Source: an uncultured Bacillota bacterium
GTDB lineage: Bacteria > Bacillota_I > Bacilli_A > RF39 > UBA660
NCBI GenBank assembly: GCA_946622285.1
Contig: CAMOPK010000004.1
Location: forward strand, 1 to 60,566
Direction: 5' to 3'
Length of the DNA: 60,566 nt
This document shows positions 37,550 to 46,913 of the stretch, piece after piece. The position numbers and the translations under genes are program-made. How positions within the stretch are numbered: the stretch's first letter is position 1; every line of letters begins with the position of its first letter. The notes below the pieces were generated by a model. That model saw nothing but the letters and a program-made list of their open reading frames with translations. It had not been told where the DNA came from and did not search any database.

Positions 37550-38270
37550 GATTGCTCATTTATATTACGACTTAATGAATTTATATGGTGATAATGGTAA
37601 TATTAAAGCATTAAAGCAAGCATTAGAAAGTCAAGGTGTTAAAACTAAAATTGATTATCTAAGTGTTAATGATGAAATTGACTTCGATGATTATGATTTA
37701 TTCTATATTGGGCCAGGAACATTCAATAATGAAAAAATTGTTTTAAATTACTTATTTAAGTATCGAGAAAGCATAAAAAAAGCTTTCTATGATAAAAAGT
37801 TTTTTCTTATAACTGGTAATGCTTTAGAAATGTTTGGTCAACGAATTATAGATGGTGATAATGAAATTGAAGGCATTGGTATTCTTGATTTTACTGCTAC
37901 TAAGCAAGCACATAATATCGTAAGCGAAGTTTATGCTAGATGCGAATTTTTAGAAAGCGAATCCTTAGTTTTAGGTTTTAAAAATCAAGATAGTACACTT
38001 GATACAAAGGAAAAATTATTCTTAGAAATCATTAGGGGTGACGGCATTAATAAAGAGACTCAAAATGAGGGAATTATTTCAAAGAACTTTATTGGCACTT
38101 ATATGCTTGGCCCAATACTTGTTAGAAACCCCGATTTGCTTATTTTATTAACACACAAGCTAATTGATTCAAAGTATGAAAATTTTGATTACAAACCATT
38201 TAATCTTGAATTTGAAATTAAAGCACATGATGAATATATTAAATTGTACTTTGACCCAAATTGGGAATAA
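37542..38270 (+). CDS. gatD: Lipid II isoglutaminyl synthase subunit GatD (CobQ-like glutamine amidotransferase)
   Basis: HLYYDLMNLYGDNGN, GTYMLGPILVRNP; overlaps murT. The canonical CGG nucleophile appears as TGN. Confidence 0.85.
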   Translation: MIKIAHLYYDLMNLYGDNGNIKALKQALESQGVKTKIDYLSVNDEIDFDDYDLFYIGPGTFNNEKIVLNYLFKYRESIKKAFYDKKFFLITGNALEMFGQRIIDGDNEIEGIGILDFTATKQAHNIVSEVYARCEFLESESLVLGFKNQDSTLDTKEKLFLEIIRGDGINKETQNEGIISKNFIGTYMLGPILVRNPDLLILLTHKLIDSKYENFDYKPFNLEFEIKAHDEYIKLYFDPNWE

Positions 38271-38282
38271 AAAAAATCTACA

Positions 38283-39941
38283 TCAATTTGTAGATTTTTT
38301 TAATTTTAGTTTTATTAATAATTGTTTGAATAATAATTTTGAATCAATTTTGAAAATTCTATCTATTAAATTATATCTATAAGATGTAATTATATAAATT
38401 GCTCCACCTACTACACCATATAACGCTGATAATAAGAAATAATTCAATTTGCTTGTTTCAATATCAACTGGGATAAATAATGCCATTATTTTTAATGAAA
38501 CAAACATAATTAAAGAAATCAAAATTGATTTTAAAATTGGATTAAAGCTCTGTCTATAATTCAAATGATATTTTTTAGATTGTATTACAGCAATTACTAT
38601 TGTTGTTATTGTATGTAAGATTAAATTTAGTACAATTGGTGCATATTGTGCTTTTATTCCAATTGCAGCAAATAAATTCATAAATGGAACATTTAGCACT
38701 GCTTTAAGAATAAAACTACCAAATAAAGCCGATAATGCCAATTTAGTATTTCCCATTATCTGAGCAGAATCAATCGAAATTGAATAAAAACTAAATGTTA
38801 ATGCTTGGAAAATGTACAAACTAAATAAAGCTATTCCAAGTTCATTACTACCATAAAACATATTCCATACCGGTCCTGCAAGTAAATGAAGTCCTAATAC
38901 CATTGGTAAATTGACAAACATGATAATTTGAAAGCTTTGATTAATTTTATCATTTACATCTTTCATATCACCTTTAATGTGACTACTAGCAATATTTGGA
39001 ATCAACGATAGTGTTAACCCAGATACAAAGGCAATAATAATCATATTTAATTTTGAACCCCATGTAGAGATAACACTTAACACATATTCAGATTCTGCCA
39101 ATGTATAACCAAGTTTTGTTAACGTTGCATTTATTGTAAATGTATCAACTAATGAATAAATTGATCTAACGAAATCAATAATTACAAATGGCAAGGCAAC
39201 TAAAATAATTCTTTTTAATATAGATTTTCTTGTATTACCTCTCTCTGCTTCGGTTTTTTTAGCATCTATATTGAATAATTCTTTATTATGATTCTTCTTA
39301 ATTTTTAAATATAAATATGCAACAAGTGATCCAAATGTTGCACCAAATGTTGCAACACCAACTACTACTGGTGTTTTTAAATGAAATACTTTGGAAGCAA
39401 TATAACTACCAATTATAATAAAAGATACACGAGCTAATTGCTCAATAACATTAGATATTGCATATTGCTTTAAGTATTTATGACCATTTAAATATCCTTT
39501 TATTGTTGATAAGAATGGAACCATTATTAACGCTGCTGATATTGTTCTTATTACTAAAGCAACATCATCAATAGTATTTCCACCTTCAATTTCACCAATA
39601 ATTAAATATGCAATTGGTTTTGCAAATATCATTAATAAAACAAATGAAACAACACCAATTGTAACCATCAAATTTCTAACAATTTTATATGCTTGTTGTT
39701 TTGACCAATGATAATTTAAGGTATTATATTCACTTATTATTTTGCTCATTGCAACAGGAATACCTTGACTTGAAAGAGTCAAGAATAGTGAATATATTGT
39801 ATATGCATATGCATACAATGCTCCTCCACTATCACCTATTATTGCATAGAATGGAATAACATATAAAAGTCCAACAATTTTGCATAATATTATACAAAAT
39901 GTTGAGAAAAAAGCTCCACTTAGAAATCCTGTCTTCTTCAT
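38283..39941 (-). CDS. murJ: MOP-family flippase (MurJ/YtgP-like)
   Basis: KIVGLLYVIPF, GIPVAMSKIISEY, SNVIEQLARV; ~14 TM. Confidence 0.8.
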   Translation of the reverse strand: MKKTGFLSGAFFSTFCIILCKIVGLLYVIPFYAIIGDSGGALYAYAYTIYSLFLTLSSQGIPVAMSKIISEYNTLNYHWSKQQAYKIVRNLMVTIGVVSFVLLMIFAKPIAYLIIGEIEGGNTIDDVALVIRTISAALIMVPFLSTIKGYLNGHKYLKQYAISNVIEQLARVSFIIIGSYIASKVFHLKTPVVVGVATFGATFGSLVAYLYLKIKKNHNKELFNIDAKKTEAERGNTRKSILKRIILVALPFVIIDFVRSIYSLVDTFTINATLTKLGYTLAESEYVLSVISTWGSKLNMIIIAFVSGLTLSLIPNIASSHIKGDMKDVNDKINQSFQIIMFVNLPMVLGLHLLAGPVWNMFYGSNELGIALFSLYIFQALTFSFYSISIDSAQIMGNTKLALSALFGSFILKAVLNVPFMNLFAAIGIKAQYAPIVLNLILHTITTIVIAVIQSKKYHLNYRQSFNPILKSILISLIMFVSLKIMALFIPVDIETSKLNYFLLSALYGVVGGAIYIITSYRYNLIDRIFKIDSKLLFKQLLIKLKLKKSTN

Positions 39942-40021
39942 ACATGCCTCCAACTTTATAAATTATACCATATTTTCAATGGTTTTTAAAAGGTTTTTAT
40001 ATAAAGTAATGAAAAAAGAAA

Positions 40022-40960
40022 CTATTTAGTTTCTTTAAACATCTCAATAATAGCATCTTTATATATTTTTTTAGCTATTTCACGGCCATTCGCTACAAAA
40101 TTAGGGTACTTAGTTATTGAAACTCCGCTATTTATTTCCATAACCATATATTCGTTATCTTCTGTTTCAATGACATCAATACTACAAAATTTAAGTGAAC
40201 TTGCATTATAAGCTTCTTTAGCTATTTCAATTGCTTTTTTTCTACTATCTTCATTAACATTTTGTAATACTCTAGCACCTCTAGCTAAATTAAATTGCCA
40301 TCCGTATTCAATTTTTTCATCTTTTTTAGGAATATAATTTAAATCAATATCTTTATTAAAAAAACTTTTTTCATTATTAAAATAATATGGATTAAATTCA
40401 ATTAATAGTTCACGTACACTTTTTTTACCATCGCCTACTATAATTGGTCTTTCTTTACCAAAGGTTAATTCCAAATTACCATTTAAGAATATTACACGAT
40501 ATTCTGTTTTTATTTTATAAAATGGACACATACTTACTGAATGGTTGCTAATAAATAATTTATCAAACGTTTTCTTTAATGTATCAACATCATTAATGTG
40601 ATATACATCAATGCCTGTTGTTCCATTATTTGGTTTTAAGACAATATCTTTGTTATTTGCATAAAAATAATTTAAAGCTGATTCAAATCCACCATTATCT
40701 TTAGCATAATCTGCTATATCTTTATTTTTATATAATATTTGGTGTTTGATGATTGGAACATTCCTAATTTTCATAAGTTCATATAATGCATATTTGTCAT
40801 CTGCTATAAGACTTGGTCCTTGTTCATTAATTGAAAACTTATATCCGTTGATAATTTTAGAAACTCCATTTTTTTCAAGAAGAATACACCAATCTTTTGA
40901 AAATAATGTGCATTTAATACCTAATTCATTCGCGATTTCTTTAATTAGTTCTTGAAACAT
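40022..40960 (-). CDS. ATP-grasp ligase (RimK/cyanophycin synthetase-like)
   Basis: IADDKY, VLKPNNGTTGIDV, EYRV, NLARGA, SIDVI, VMEINS. Confidence 0.8.
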   Translation of the reverse strand: MFQELIKEIANELGIKCTLFSKDWCILLEKNGVSKIINGYKFSINEQGPSLIADDKYALYELMKIRNVPIIKHQILYKNKDIADYAKDNGGFESALNYFYANNKDIVLKPNNGTTGIDVYHINDVDTLKKTFDKLFISNHSVSMCPFYKIKTEYRVIFLNGNLELTFGKERPIIVGDGKKSVRELLIEFNPYYFNNEKSFFNKDIDLNYIPKKDEKIEYGWQFNLARGARVLQNVNEDSRKKAIEIAKEAYNASSLKFCSIDVIETEDNEYMVMEINSGVSITKYPNFVANGREIAKKIYKDAIIEMFKETK

Positions 40961-41032
40961 AATAATCACCAAAAATAATTATATCATTTACTGCAATTAA
41001 GTAAACAAAAACTGATAACTTTTGTTATCAGT

Positions 41033-41731
41033 TTAACAACTTCTTTTATGTTTTGCTAGAACACTTGTTACTTTTTCTTCTGCTAGTTTTTCATCAAATA
41101 ACTCATATATTACATGGGCATGAGATGCGCCTTGAAGCGGTATTATTACCTTATCTAGTTCATAATAACCAGCGGTATTATGAAGAACTACGTAATTATC
41201 TGTTTTATATATATTTGTTCCAATAAAACTTCTTTCGTGATTTGGAGACTTGAATTTCAGATATTTCGTTCTATTTGAAAAATCTGGATCTCTTAGTAAT
41301 GTTATTAATGCATCACTAGTTCTATATAAACGCATATCATCTATTTCAAAACCAAATTTTTTTAACATATATATTAAAAACGGTTTCTTTTGTTTATGAT
41401 GGGCCCCAAGTTCTTCAACGCCATTATTTAAGCAAACGTCAATCCAACTTGAAAGTAATAACGATGACATATCTAATCCACGGAATTCAGGATTAACGGC
41501 CATTCCAATGAAATCACTTCTTTTTGTTTCAAAATCCAAATAAAAATAGATATATCCTTGTAATCTTAATTCGCCATTTATATATGCAAAAGCACTTATG
41601 TAAAACTTCGGTTTATGTGATCCATCATCAACTGCTCTTTTTAAATATAATAGTTGATTGAATTCTCCTGAAAAGTAACTATCAGAGTACAAGCTTCGTT
41701 TATCTACCTCTAATTTTTTAAATATATCCAT
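41033..41731 (-). CDS. GNAT-like acetyltransferase domain protein
   Basis: MAVNPEFRGLDMSSLLL motif A; LKKFGF motif B. Confidence 0.6.
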   Translation of the reverse strand: MDIFKKLEVDKRSLYSDSYFSGEFNQLLYLKRAVDDGSHKPKFYISAFAYINGELRLQGYIYFYLDFETKRSDFIGMAVNPEFRGLDMSSLLLSSWIDVCLNNGVEELGAHHKQKKPFLIYMLKKFGFEIDDMRLYRTSDALITLLRDPDFSNRTKYLKFKSPNHERSFIGTNIYKTDNYVVLHNTAGYYELDKVIIPLQGASHAHVIYELFDEKLAEEKVTSVLAKHKRSC

Positions 41732-41802
41732 ATTATCAACCCCTTGATATGTATTCGATAATATCACAATTATTTTTTTTGTCAAATCAAAAAAGAGCTA
41801 AT

Positions 41803-42573
41803 TTAGTTCTTTTTTATAAGTAAAATTGAATTTTCATCTTCAGAAATATCAAAAGTTGTTCTTTCTAAAGCAGGTCCATAAGAAGTTACATAGAGTTTTT
41901 TCCCTACTGACCCACTTGATGCCATTAATTCTTTTTCATATTCAGTTAATTTTATTCCATCAAACATATGATTTTCTAATGCATCTTTAGTTGCTCGAAC
42001 TAATTCGCCGTCACCACGAACATGTAAACAATCACTATGTTCTGAATAATCTAAGCGATAGTCTCCACTGCGACTAAATAGTGCAAAACCATCAGCTAAA
42101 CGCGCAATAAGTTTTAAATCATCTGATGTTAGATCATTTTGGTTTTCATATCTATATATTGATGATGAAAGAATTTCATCAAATAAATTACCAAATATAT
42201 CTTGCATATCTTGATTTACAACTGCTCTATGTTTACTTTTTTCTATTTTATATTGACTACCTGATAATACAATATTACCTTTTTTATCACGCATCGGATA
42301 GTCATCATCTATTCCCCATATGTAAGTACCAAAAACATATTTTCTAAGATAATTTATTTTTCCTCTTAATGTTCTAGGATTATCATCATAAACACAAACT
42401 ATTTCTGGTTTATCACTCATATCATGAGGACGTACTACAGAATATCTTGCACGAGATACACTTCTATCTGCTGATATATCTGTTAATAGGCCTAACACTT
42501 CTAATTTTCCTTGCAATTTAACATATTCAGATCGTAATCCCATTAATACATCTATTGTTCTATATTTTGTCAT
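41803..42573 (-). CDS. Hypothetical protein
   Basis: RBS GAGGTG overlapping the upstream stop; no motif. Confidence 0.6.
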   Translation of the reverse strand: MTKYRTIDVLMGLRSEYVKLQGKLEVLGLLTDISADRSVSRARYSVVRPHDMSDKPEIVCVYDDNPRTLRGKINYLRKYVFGTYIWGIDDDYPMRDKKGNIVLSGSQYKIEKSKHRAVVNQDMQDIFGNLFDEILSSSIYRYENQNDLTSDDLKLIARLADGFALFSRSGDYRLDYSEHSDCLHVRGDGELVRATKDALENHMFDGIKLTEYEKELMASSGSVGKKLYVTSYGPALERTTFDISEDENSILLIKKN

Positions 42574-42581
42574 ATAGGATA

Positions 42582-43112
42582 TCACCTCGTTAATATTTTA
42601 ACAGCTTCTTCAGTATTACTCAAATTAATATAATCGTGAGTAATAACTGTATTATTTGGAAAATGATCTTTTAAGCCAATTAAATCATCTAAAACTACAA
42701 ATTTATCAATTGGATATCTTCTTAATGAATCTTTAATTTCTAATGCGCGTCTCTCAACGAATGGCATACTTCGATCTAAAATTATATTGTCTGCATGCCA
42801 ATAAGTATTTAAAGAGTGAATTGCCAATAGATCATGTATTTTACGTGGGCGCTTTTCATCTCGCCAATCAGTTGAAGCAATTATTCTTGCACCTGTAGTA
42901 TCTAAAATATATTTTAATCTAGCTACTGCTTGTTCTTCCCAATCATAATATGTTGCTAAAACATCAATAATATTATATTGTGAAAAATCAACATTATGCT
43001 TCTTTGATAACTCTGCAACCAAGGCTTTTGCTCTTTTATCAATTTCATAAAAATGTTCTTCTGCAGAATATGGTTGTAAAACGCCATCAATGTCTAAAAA
43101 AACAGCTTTCAT
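42582..43112 (-). CDS. HAD-domain protein (Swiss Army Knife RNA-repair-like HAD family)
   Basis: VFLDIDGVL, ARIIASTDWR, RALEI, FVVLDD. Confidence 0.75.
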   Translation of the reverse strand: MKAVFLDIDGVLQPYSAEEHFYEIDKRAKALVAELSKKHNVDFSQYNIIDVLATYYDWEEQAVARLKYILDTTGARIIASTDWRDEKRPRKIHDLLAIHSLNTYWHADNIILDRSMPFVERRALEIKDSLRRYPIDKFVVLDDLIGLKDHFPNNTVITHDYINLSNTEEAVKILTR

Positions 43113-43114
43113 AA

Positions 43115-44125
43115 TTAATTACCTGTTGGTGCCTGTATCATTTTTACGTAGCCTTGATCACTTAATTGTTTATCAGTTAAACCAAGTTTGCTAGCTATTC
43201 GCTCAATTGCGGCTTTTTCCTCTTCAAGGGCTAATCCAGCTTTACTACCAGTTTCTTCACCATAATAATGCTTCATGAACTCTATTGATTTCTTTTCTTT
43301 TGCTTCTTCAAAAGTCAAAAGTGAATATAAAAATTCTTCGTTTGTTTCACAAGATTTTTCTTTAGTTTCAGACATTATTATTGCTGATGGAAGCATATCA
43401 AACTCACTAGCATGATCCATAATGTATTCGGCTACTCTATAGTTATTTGTTTCAAAAGCCAAAGCTAATACATTACCTAATCTTCCGCTTGGTAATAAAT
43501 AATCATTACTTCTATAGTAACTATTATCACCTAAAAGTTTTCTTAATATACTTAAATCACCATCATTATATAATTCAAATGCTGATAATACTTGTACAGT
43601 ATCACAATATCTTTCGTTATCAAATAATGATTTGCTTAACATATCAATACTTTTCTTCGTTTTAAATTTTGCTGAAGAGCCAGGTAGAATTATTTCACTT
43701 AAACCATTTGATATAAAACTTGCAGCATCTGACTCATATGGTTCATCGCATTTAGTTAATAATGAATATAACATTTGATCTGCTAATGACCAATTATCTT
43801 CACCTTCATTAAATACTACAACATCAGTAGTTAAATTTAATTCTTTTGCATATTTAATTAACTCAGCTGCTGCTTTATAGCAATGCAATTCTAATGCTAA
43901 AGCAATAGCGTTTCCTTTTCTTCCACTTGGTAGTATTACCTCTTCGCTCATATTTGCTAAAAGATGTAATAGTTGTTTTGATTTGTCTTCTGAATAAATT
44001 TTAATGTATGTTTTTCCTTTATATCCAGAAACAATCAACTCATATCGTTCAATACTTTTTGCTAAATCCATACTTTGTTCAAATATGGTTGCATTTTTTC
44101 TAATTATTGCTTGTGTTAAACTCAC
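43115..44125 (-). CDS. Hypothetical protein with internal duplication, ankyrin-like
   Basis: Two copies of LPSGRxGNxxALAxExxxYxxAxxxI...LYSLLT; GTG start with GGAGG RBS. Confidence 0.6.
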   Translation of the reverse strand: MSLTQAIIRKNATIFEQSMDLAKSIERYELIVSGYKGKTYIKIYSEDKSKQLLHLLANMSEEVILPSGRKGNAIALALELHCYKAAAELIKYAKELNLTTDVVVFNEGEDNWSLADQMLYSLLTKCDEPYESDAASFISNGLSEIILPGSSAKFKTKKSIDMLSKSLFDNERYCDTVQVLSAFELYNDGDLSILRKLLGDNSYYRSNDYLLPSGRLGNVLALAFETNNYRVAEYIMDHASEFDMLPSAIIMSETKEKSCETNEEFLYSLLTFEEAKEKKSIEFMKHYYGEETGSKAGLALEEEKAAIERIASKLGLTDKQLSDQGYVKMIQAPTGN

Positions 44126-44166
44126 AATTTTGCCTCCTTTAATAAGCCTTTTTCTTGGTTTTGTAT

Positions 44167-44195
44167 TGTACTACAACACATATACTATGTCAAAC
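44167..44195 (-). promoter_or_regulatory. Sigma-A promoter of the 44125 operon
   Basis: TTGACA-17 nt-TACAAT just after the tRNA terminator. Confidence 0.65.
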
Positions 44196-44223
44196 AAAAA
44201 GTTACGATCATGTAATCGTAACT
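44196..44223 (-). terminator. Terminator of tRNA-Gly(CCC)
   Basis: AGTTACGAT-TACATG-ATCGTAACT-TTTT. Confidence 0.75.
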
Positions 44224-44233
44224 ATAATACAAT

Positions 44234-44307
44234 TGGAGCAAATAACGGGAATCGAACCCGCACCCTAAGCTTGGGAAGCTCATGTTCTACCGTTAAACTA
44301 TATCTGC
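44234..44307 (-). tRNA. tRNA-Gly(CCC)
   Basis: GCAGATA...TGAGC-TTCCCAA-GCTTA...GGTTCGATTCC...TATTTGC-TCCA cloverleaf with encoded CCA. Confidence 0.93.
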
Positions 44308-44355
44308 ACAACTCAATAGTAACACATTTATTATTTTTTTTCAATTATTATTTTG

Positions 44356-44383
44356 TTGACAAATAATATAAAAAGAGTATAAT
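44356..44383 (+). promoter_or_regulatory. Promoter of tRNA-Gly(TCC)
   Basis: TTGACA-16 nt-TATAAT; a divergent TTGAAA-17-TACTAT serves the other tRNA. Confidence 0.75.
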
Positions 44384-44400
44384 TAAAGATGCTTACCAAT

Positions 44401-44474
<74 letters not shown>

Positions 44475-44484
44475 TTAAGTATTA

Positions 44485-44512
44485 AAAAACAACCATAATG
44501 GTTGTTTTTTTT
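44485..44512. terminator. Bidirectional intrinsic terminator
   Basis: AAAAACAACCAT-A-ATGGTTGTTTTTTT between the convergent tRNA and CDS. Confidence 0.8.
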
Positions 44513-44879
44513 AATCTTTCTTTATTCCTCCAAAGTTCCCACTAACGGCTCTGTTTTTATTATCAACATATGTTTCAGAAAAACTTACTAAATATTGACC
44601 ATATCGTAGATCAATATCTTCCATGCTAAAGTGACTCTCTTTTACTAATTTTACTGGGATTTCATAAATTGAAAGAGTTTTTTTATAAAGTTTATCTGAA
44701 ACACATTCCACTCGTGATACAGTTACAATATAGTAATCATTTTCTAGATCACCATTTGTACAATAAGCAACTTTTATACTGTCGCCACCTATTTTAACTA
44801 TTCTACGTGATCCTGTTGACAAAGAACCTGCGATAAATATTGCTGTTCTCAATTGCTGTAGTTTTCTTTTTAAGTCCAT
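44511..44879 (-). CDS. Hypothetical protein
   Basis: RBS GAGGAG; own TTGACA-17-TAAATT promoter; no motif. Confidence 0.55.
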   Translation of the reverse strand: MDLKRKLQQLRTAIFIAGSLSTGSRRIVKIGGDSIKVAYCTNGDLENDYYIVTVSRVECVSDKLYKKTLSIYEIPVKLVKESHFSMEDIDLRYGQYLVSFSETYVDNKNRAVSGNFGGIKKD

Positions 44880-44939
44880 CTTTGATTCTCCTCATTTTTA
44901 ATTTAACATTAAGTTATTATATTGTCAATGCCAATACAA

Positions 44940-45596
44940 TTAATGTTTAAAATCCCATTCATCTAAAAATTCTTTGATGAAATTTTTCATAAATTCTACA
45001 CGTTCTTTGGCTAACTTTTTACCAGTAGCAGTGTTCATATTATCGGCTAATTTAAATAATTTATGATAGCAATGATGAATTGATGATTCATCGTCACCTT
45101 TTGCTTCAGAATAATCATCATTAGTATTTAATGGAACGTCTTCATACATAGGTATACCATGAGCTCCACCATAGACAAATAATCTACCTAATCCGATTGC
45201 TCCAATGGCATCCATATTATCAGCATCTTGCAATATTAATGCATTAATGTCAGTAACATGTGTTTCACTCCAACTATACTCTTCATGGTGCTCTATTGCA
45301 TAGCATATTTTATCTTTTTGTTCTTCTGTAAGATCAACATGTGATAATATTTCTCTTACTTTTGGTAGTGAATCTTTAGGTGATACAAACTTACCTATCT
45401 CATTTTGCATTATTCGATGCACATCATGTAAAAATGCAGATATTCCAACAATTATTTCATCTCCACCTTCTTTTGATGCAATATAAAGTGCTATTTCTTT
45501 TGTACGTTCCAAATGAGTTATATCGTGACCACTTGAATCTTTTTCAAATAATTTAATCACATAAGGTCTTAATTCTTCTATATATTTTTCTATCAT
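44940..45596 (-). CDS. HD-domain phosphohydrolase (YpgQ/YedJ-like)
   Basis: SGHDITH, FLHDV, LQDADNMDAIGAIG, HCYHKL..MNTATGK. Confidence 0.9.
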   Translation of the reverse strand: MIEKYIEELRPYVIKLFEKDSSGHDITHLERTKEIALYIASKEGGDEIIVGISAFLHDVHRIMQNEIGKFVSPKDSLPKVREILSHVDLTEEQKDKICYAIEHHEEYSWSETHVTDINALILQDADNMDAIGAIGLGRLFVYGGAHGIPMYEDVPLNTNDDYSEAKGDDESSIHHCYHKLFKLADNMNTATGKKLAKERVEFMKNFIKEFLDEWDFKH

Positions 45597-46093
45597 TTAC
45601 TACCATCCTTTTCATTAAAATCAACTTCAAAATGAATAAATAAATTATCTTCTGGCATAAAGAGTTTAATTATAAAAATATTCTTTTCTTTTTTAAATAC
45701 TTTTGCTTCTGCTAATTTTCTATACATATCATTTATGTCATTTTTAGCATATCTAAAATCAAAGAACAAATGTGGCTCATCGCCTATTTGCAAAGCTGGT
45801 CCATCAAAAAATATAAATTTGCTTACGTCAACTGGCTTTTTTGAATATTTATTTAATTCATCTAAACCTAGTTGGAGTTCAAATTCAAACCATACATCTT
45901 TATTATCTTTAGTTTTACCAGTTATTTCAAATGTTATACATGGCTTTACTTCTTCTCTATCTTTTTTACCATCTTTATAATGAACAACAAAAAAGTTTCC
46001 GAATTCATAAGATAAATTTAATTTAGTTATGTCTTCATTATTAATTTCGAAAGCTGAATTATAAACATGTAATTCTTGTAATACTTTAGTCAT
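45593..46093 (-). CDS. Hypothetical protein
   Basis: RBS GAGGT; overlaps the HD gene start (ATGA coupling). Confidence 0.6.
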   Translation of the reverse strand: MTKVLQELHVYNSAFEINNEDITKLNLSYEFGNFFVVHYKDGKKDREEVKPCITFEITGKTKDNKDVWFEFELQLGLDELNKYSKKPVDVSKFIFFDGPALQIGDEPHLFFDFRYAKNDINDMYRKLAEAKVFKKEKNIFIIKLFMPEDNLFIHFEVDFNEKDGSK

Positions 46094-46137
46094 GTTATTA
46101 CCTCATTTCAATATTATTATATCATAAAAATTTTTGA

Positions 46138-46166
46138 TTGATTATTTTTACATTATATGATAATAT
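46138..46166 (+). promoter_or_regulatory. Sigma-A promoter for leader-upp
   Basis: TTGATT-17 nt-TAATAT with extended TG. Confidence 0.65.
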
Positions 46167-46183
46167 TTACTTAGGTGATGACT

Positions 46184-46234
46184 ATGATAATTAAAAATAC
46201 TAATAGTTTTGATTATTGTGGTCTGTTTTTTTAA
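46184..46234 (+). CDS. Putative 16-aa leader peptide (MIIKNTNSFDYCGLFF)
   Basis: RBS AGGTGA at 46173-46178; mostly U-ending codons, ending TTT TTT TAA; stop overlaps the terminator stem. Confidence 0.65.
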   Translation: MIIKNTNSFDYCGLFF

Positions 46235-46265
46235 CACTAATTCTTATAGAATTGGTGTTTTTTTT
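46233..46265 (+). terminator. Attenuator terminator immediately before the upp RBS
   Basis: AACACTAATTCT-TAT-AGAATTGGTGTT-TTTTTT, then AGGAGG and ATG. Confidence 0.8.
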
Positions 46266-46276
46266 AGGAGGTAAAT

Positions 46277-46903
46277 ATGAAAGAAATAATTTTAAATCAC
46301 CCAATGATTAAACACAAAATATCAGTGTTAAGAAGTAAGGACACAAGTACAAAAGAATTTCGTGAATTAATATCCGAAATATCCATGATTCTTTGTTATG
46401 AAGCATTCAAAAATGAAGAATTAACTGAATATGAAGTTGAAACACCAATAGCAAAAACTACTGGCTATAAAATTGATGAAAATAATTATGCTTTTGTACC
46501 AATTTTAAGAGCTGGTATGGGAATGATTGACGGCGTATTAAGAGTTATGCCAACTGCTAAAATTGGTCATATAGGTTTATATAGAAATGAAGAAACATTG
46601 GAACCAGTAAAATATTTTTCTAAATTTCCAAAAGGAATTGAAAATAAAGAAGTAATTTTACTTGACCCAATGCTTGCAACAGGTGGATCTGGTTCTGCTG
46701 CAATTACACTATTAAAACAAGATGGTGTTAAAAAAATAAAATTTCTCTCAATTATTGCAGCACCAGAAGGAATTGAAAGAATAAAAAAAGATCACCCAGA
46801 TGTACAAGTTTATGCCGCACAACTTGATGATCATTTAAATGAAAATGGTTATATCGTTCCAGGCTTAGGTGATGCCGGTGATAGAATTTATGGAACAAAA
46901 TAA
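46277..46903 (+). CDS. upp: Uracil phosphoribosyltransferase
   Basis: VPILRAGMGM, GHIGLYRNEETL, LLDPMLATGGS, YIVPGLGDAGDRIYGTK. Confidence 0.97.
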   Translation: MKEIILNHPMIKHKISVLRSKDTSTKEFRELISEISMILCYEAFKNEELTEYEVETPIAKTTGYKIDENNYAFVPILRAGMGMIDGVLRVMPTAKIGHIGLYRNEETLEPVKYFSKFPKGIENKEVILLDPMLATGGSGSAAITLLKQDGVKKIKFLSIIAAPEGIERIKKDHPDVQVYAAQLDDHLNENGYIVPGLGDAGDRIYGTK

Positions 46904-46913
46904 AACAAGACAA

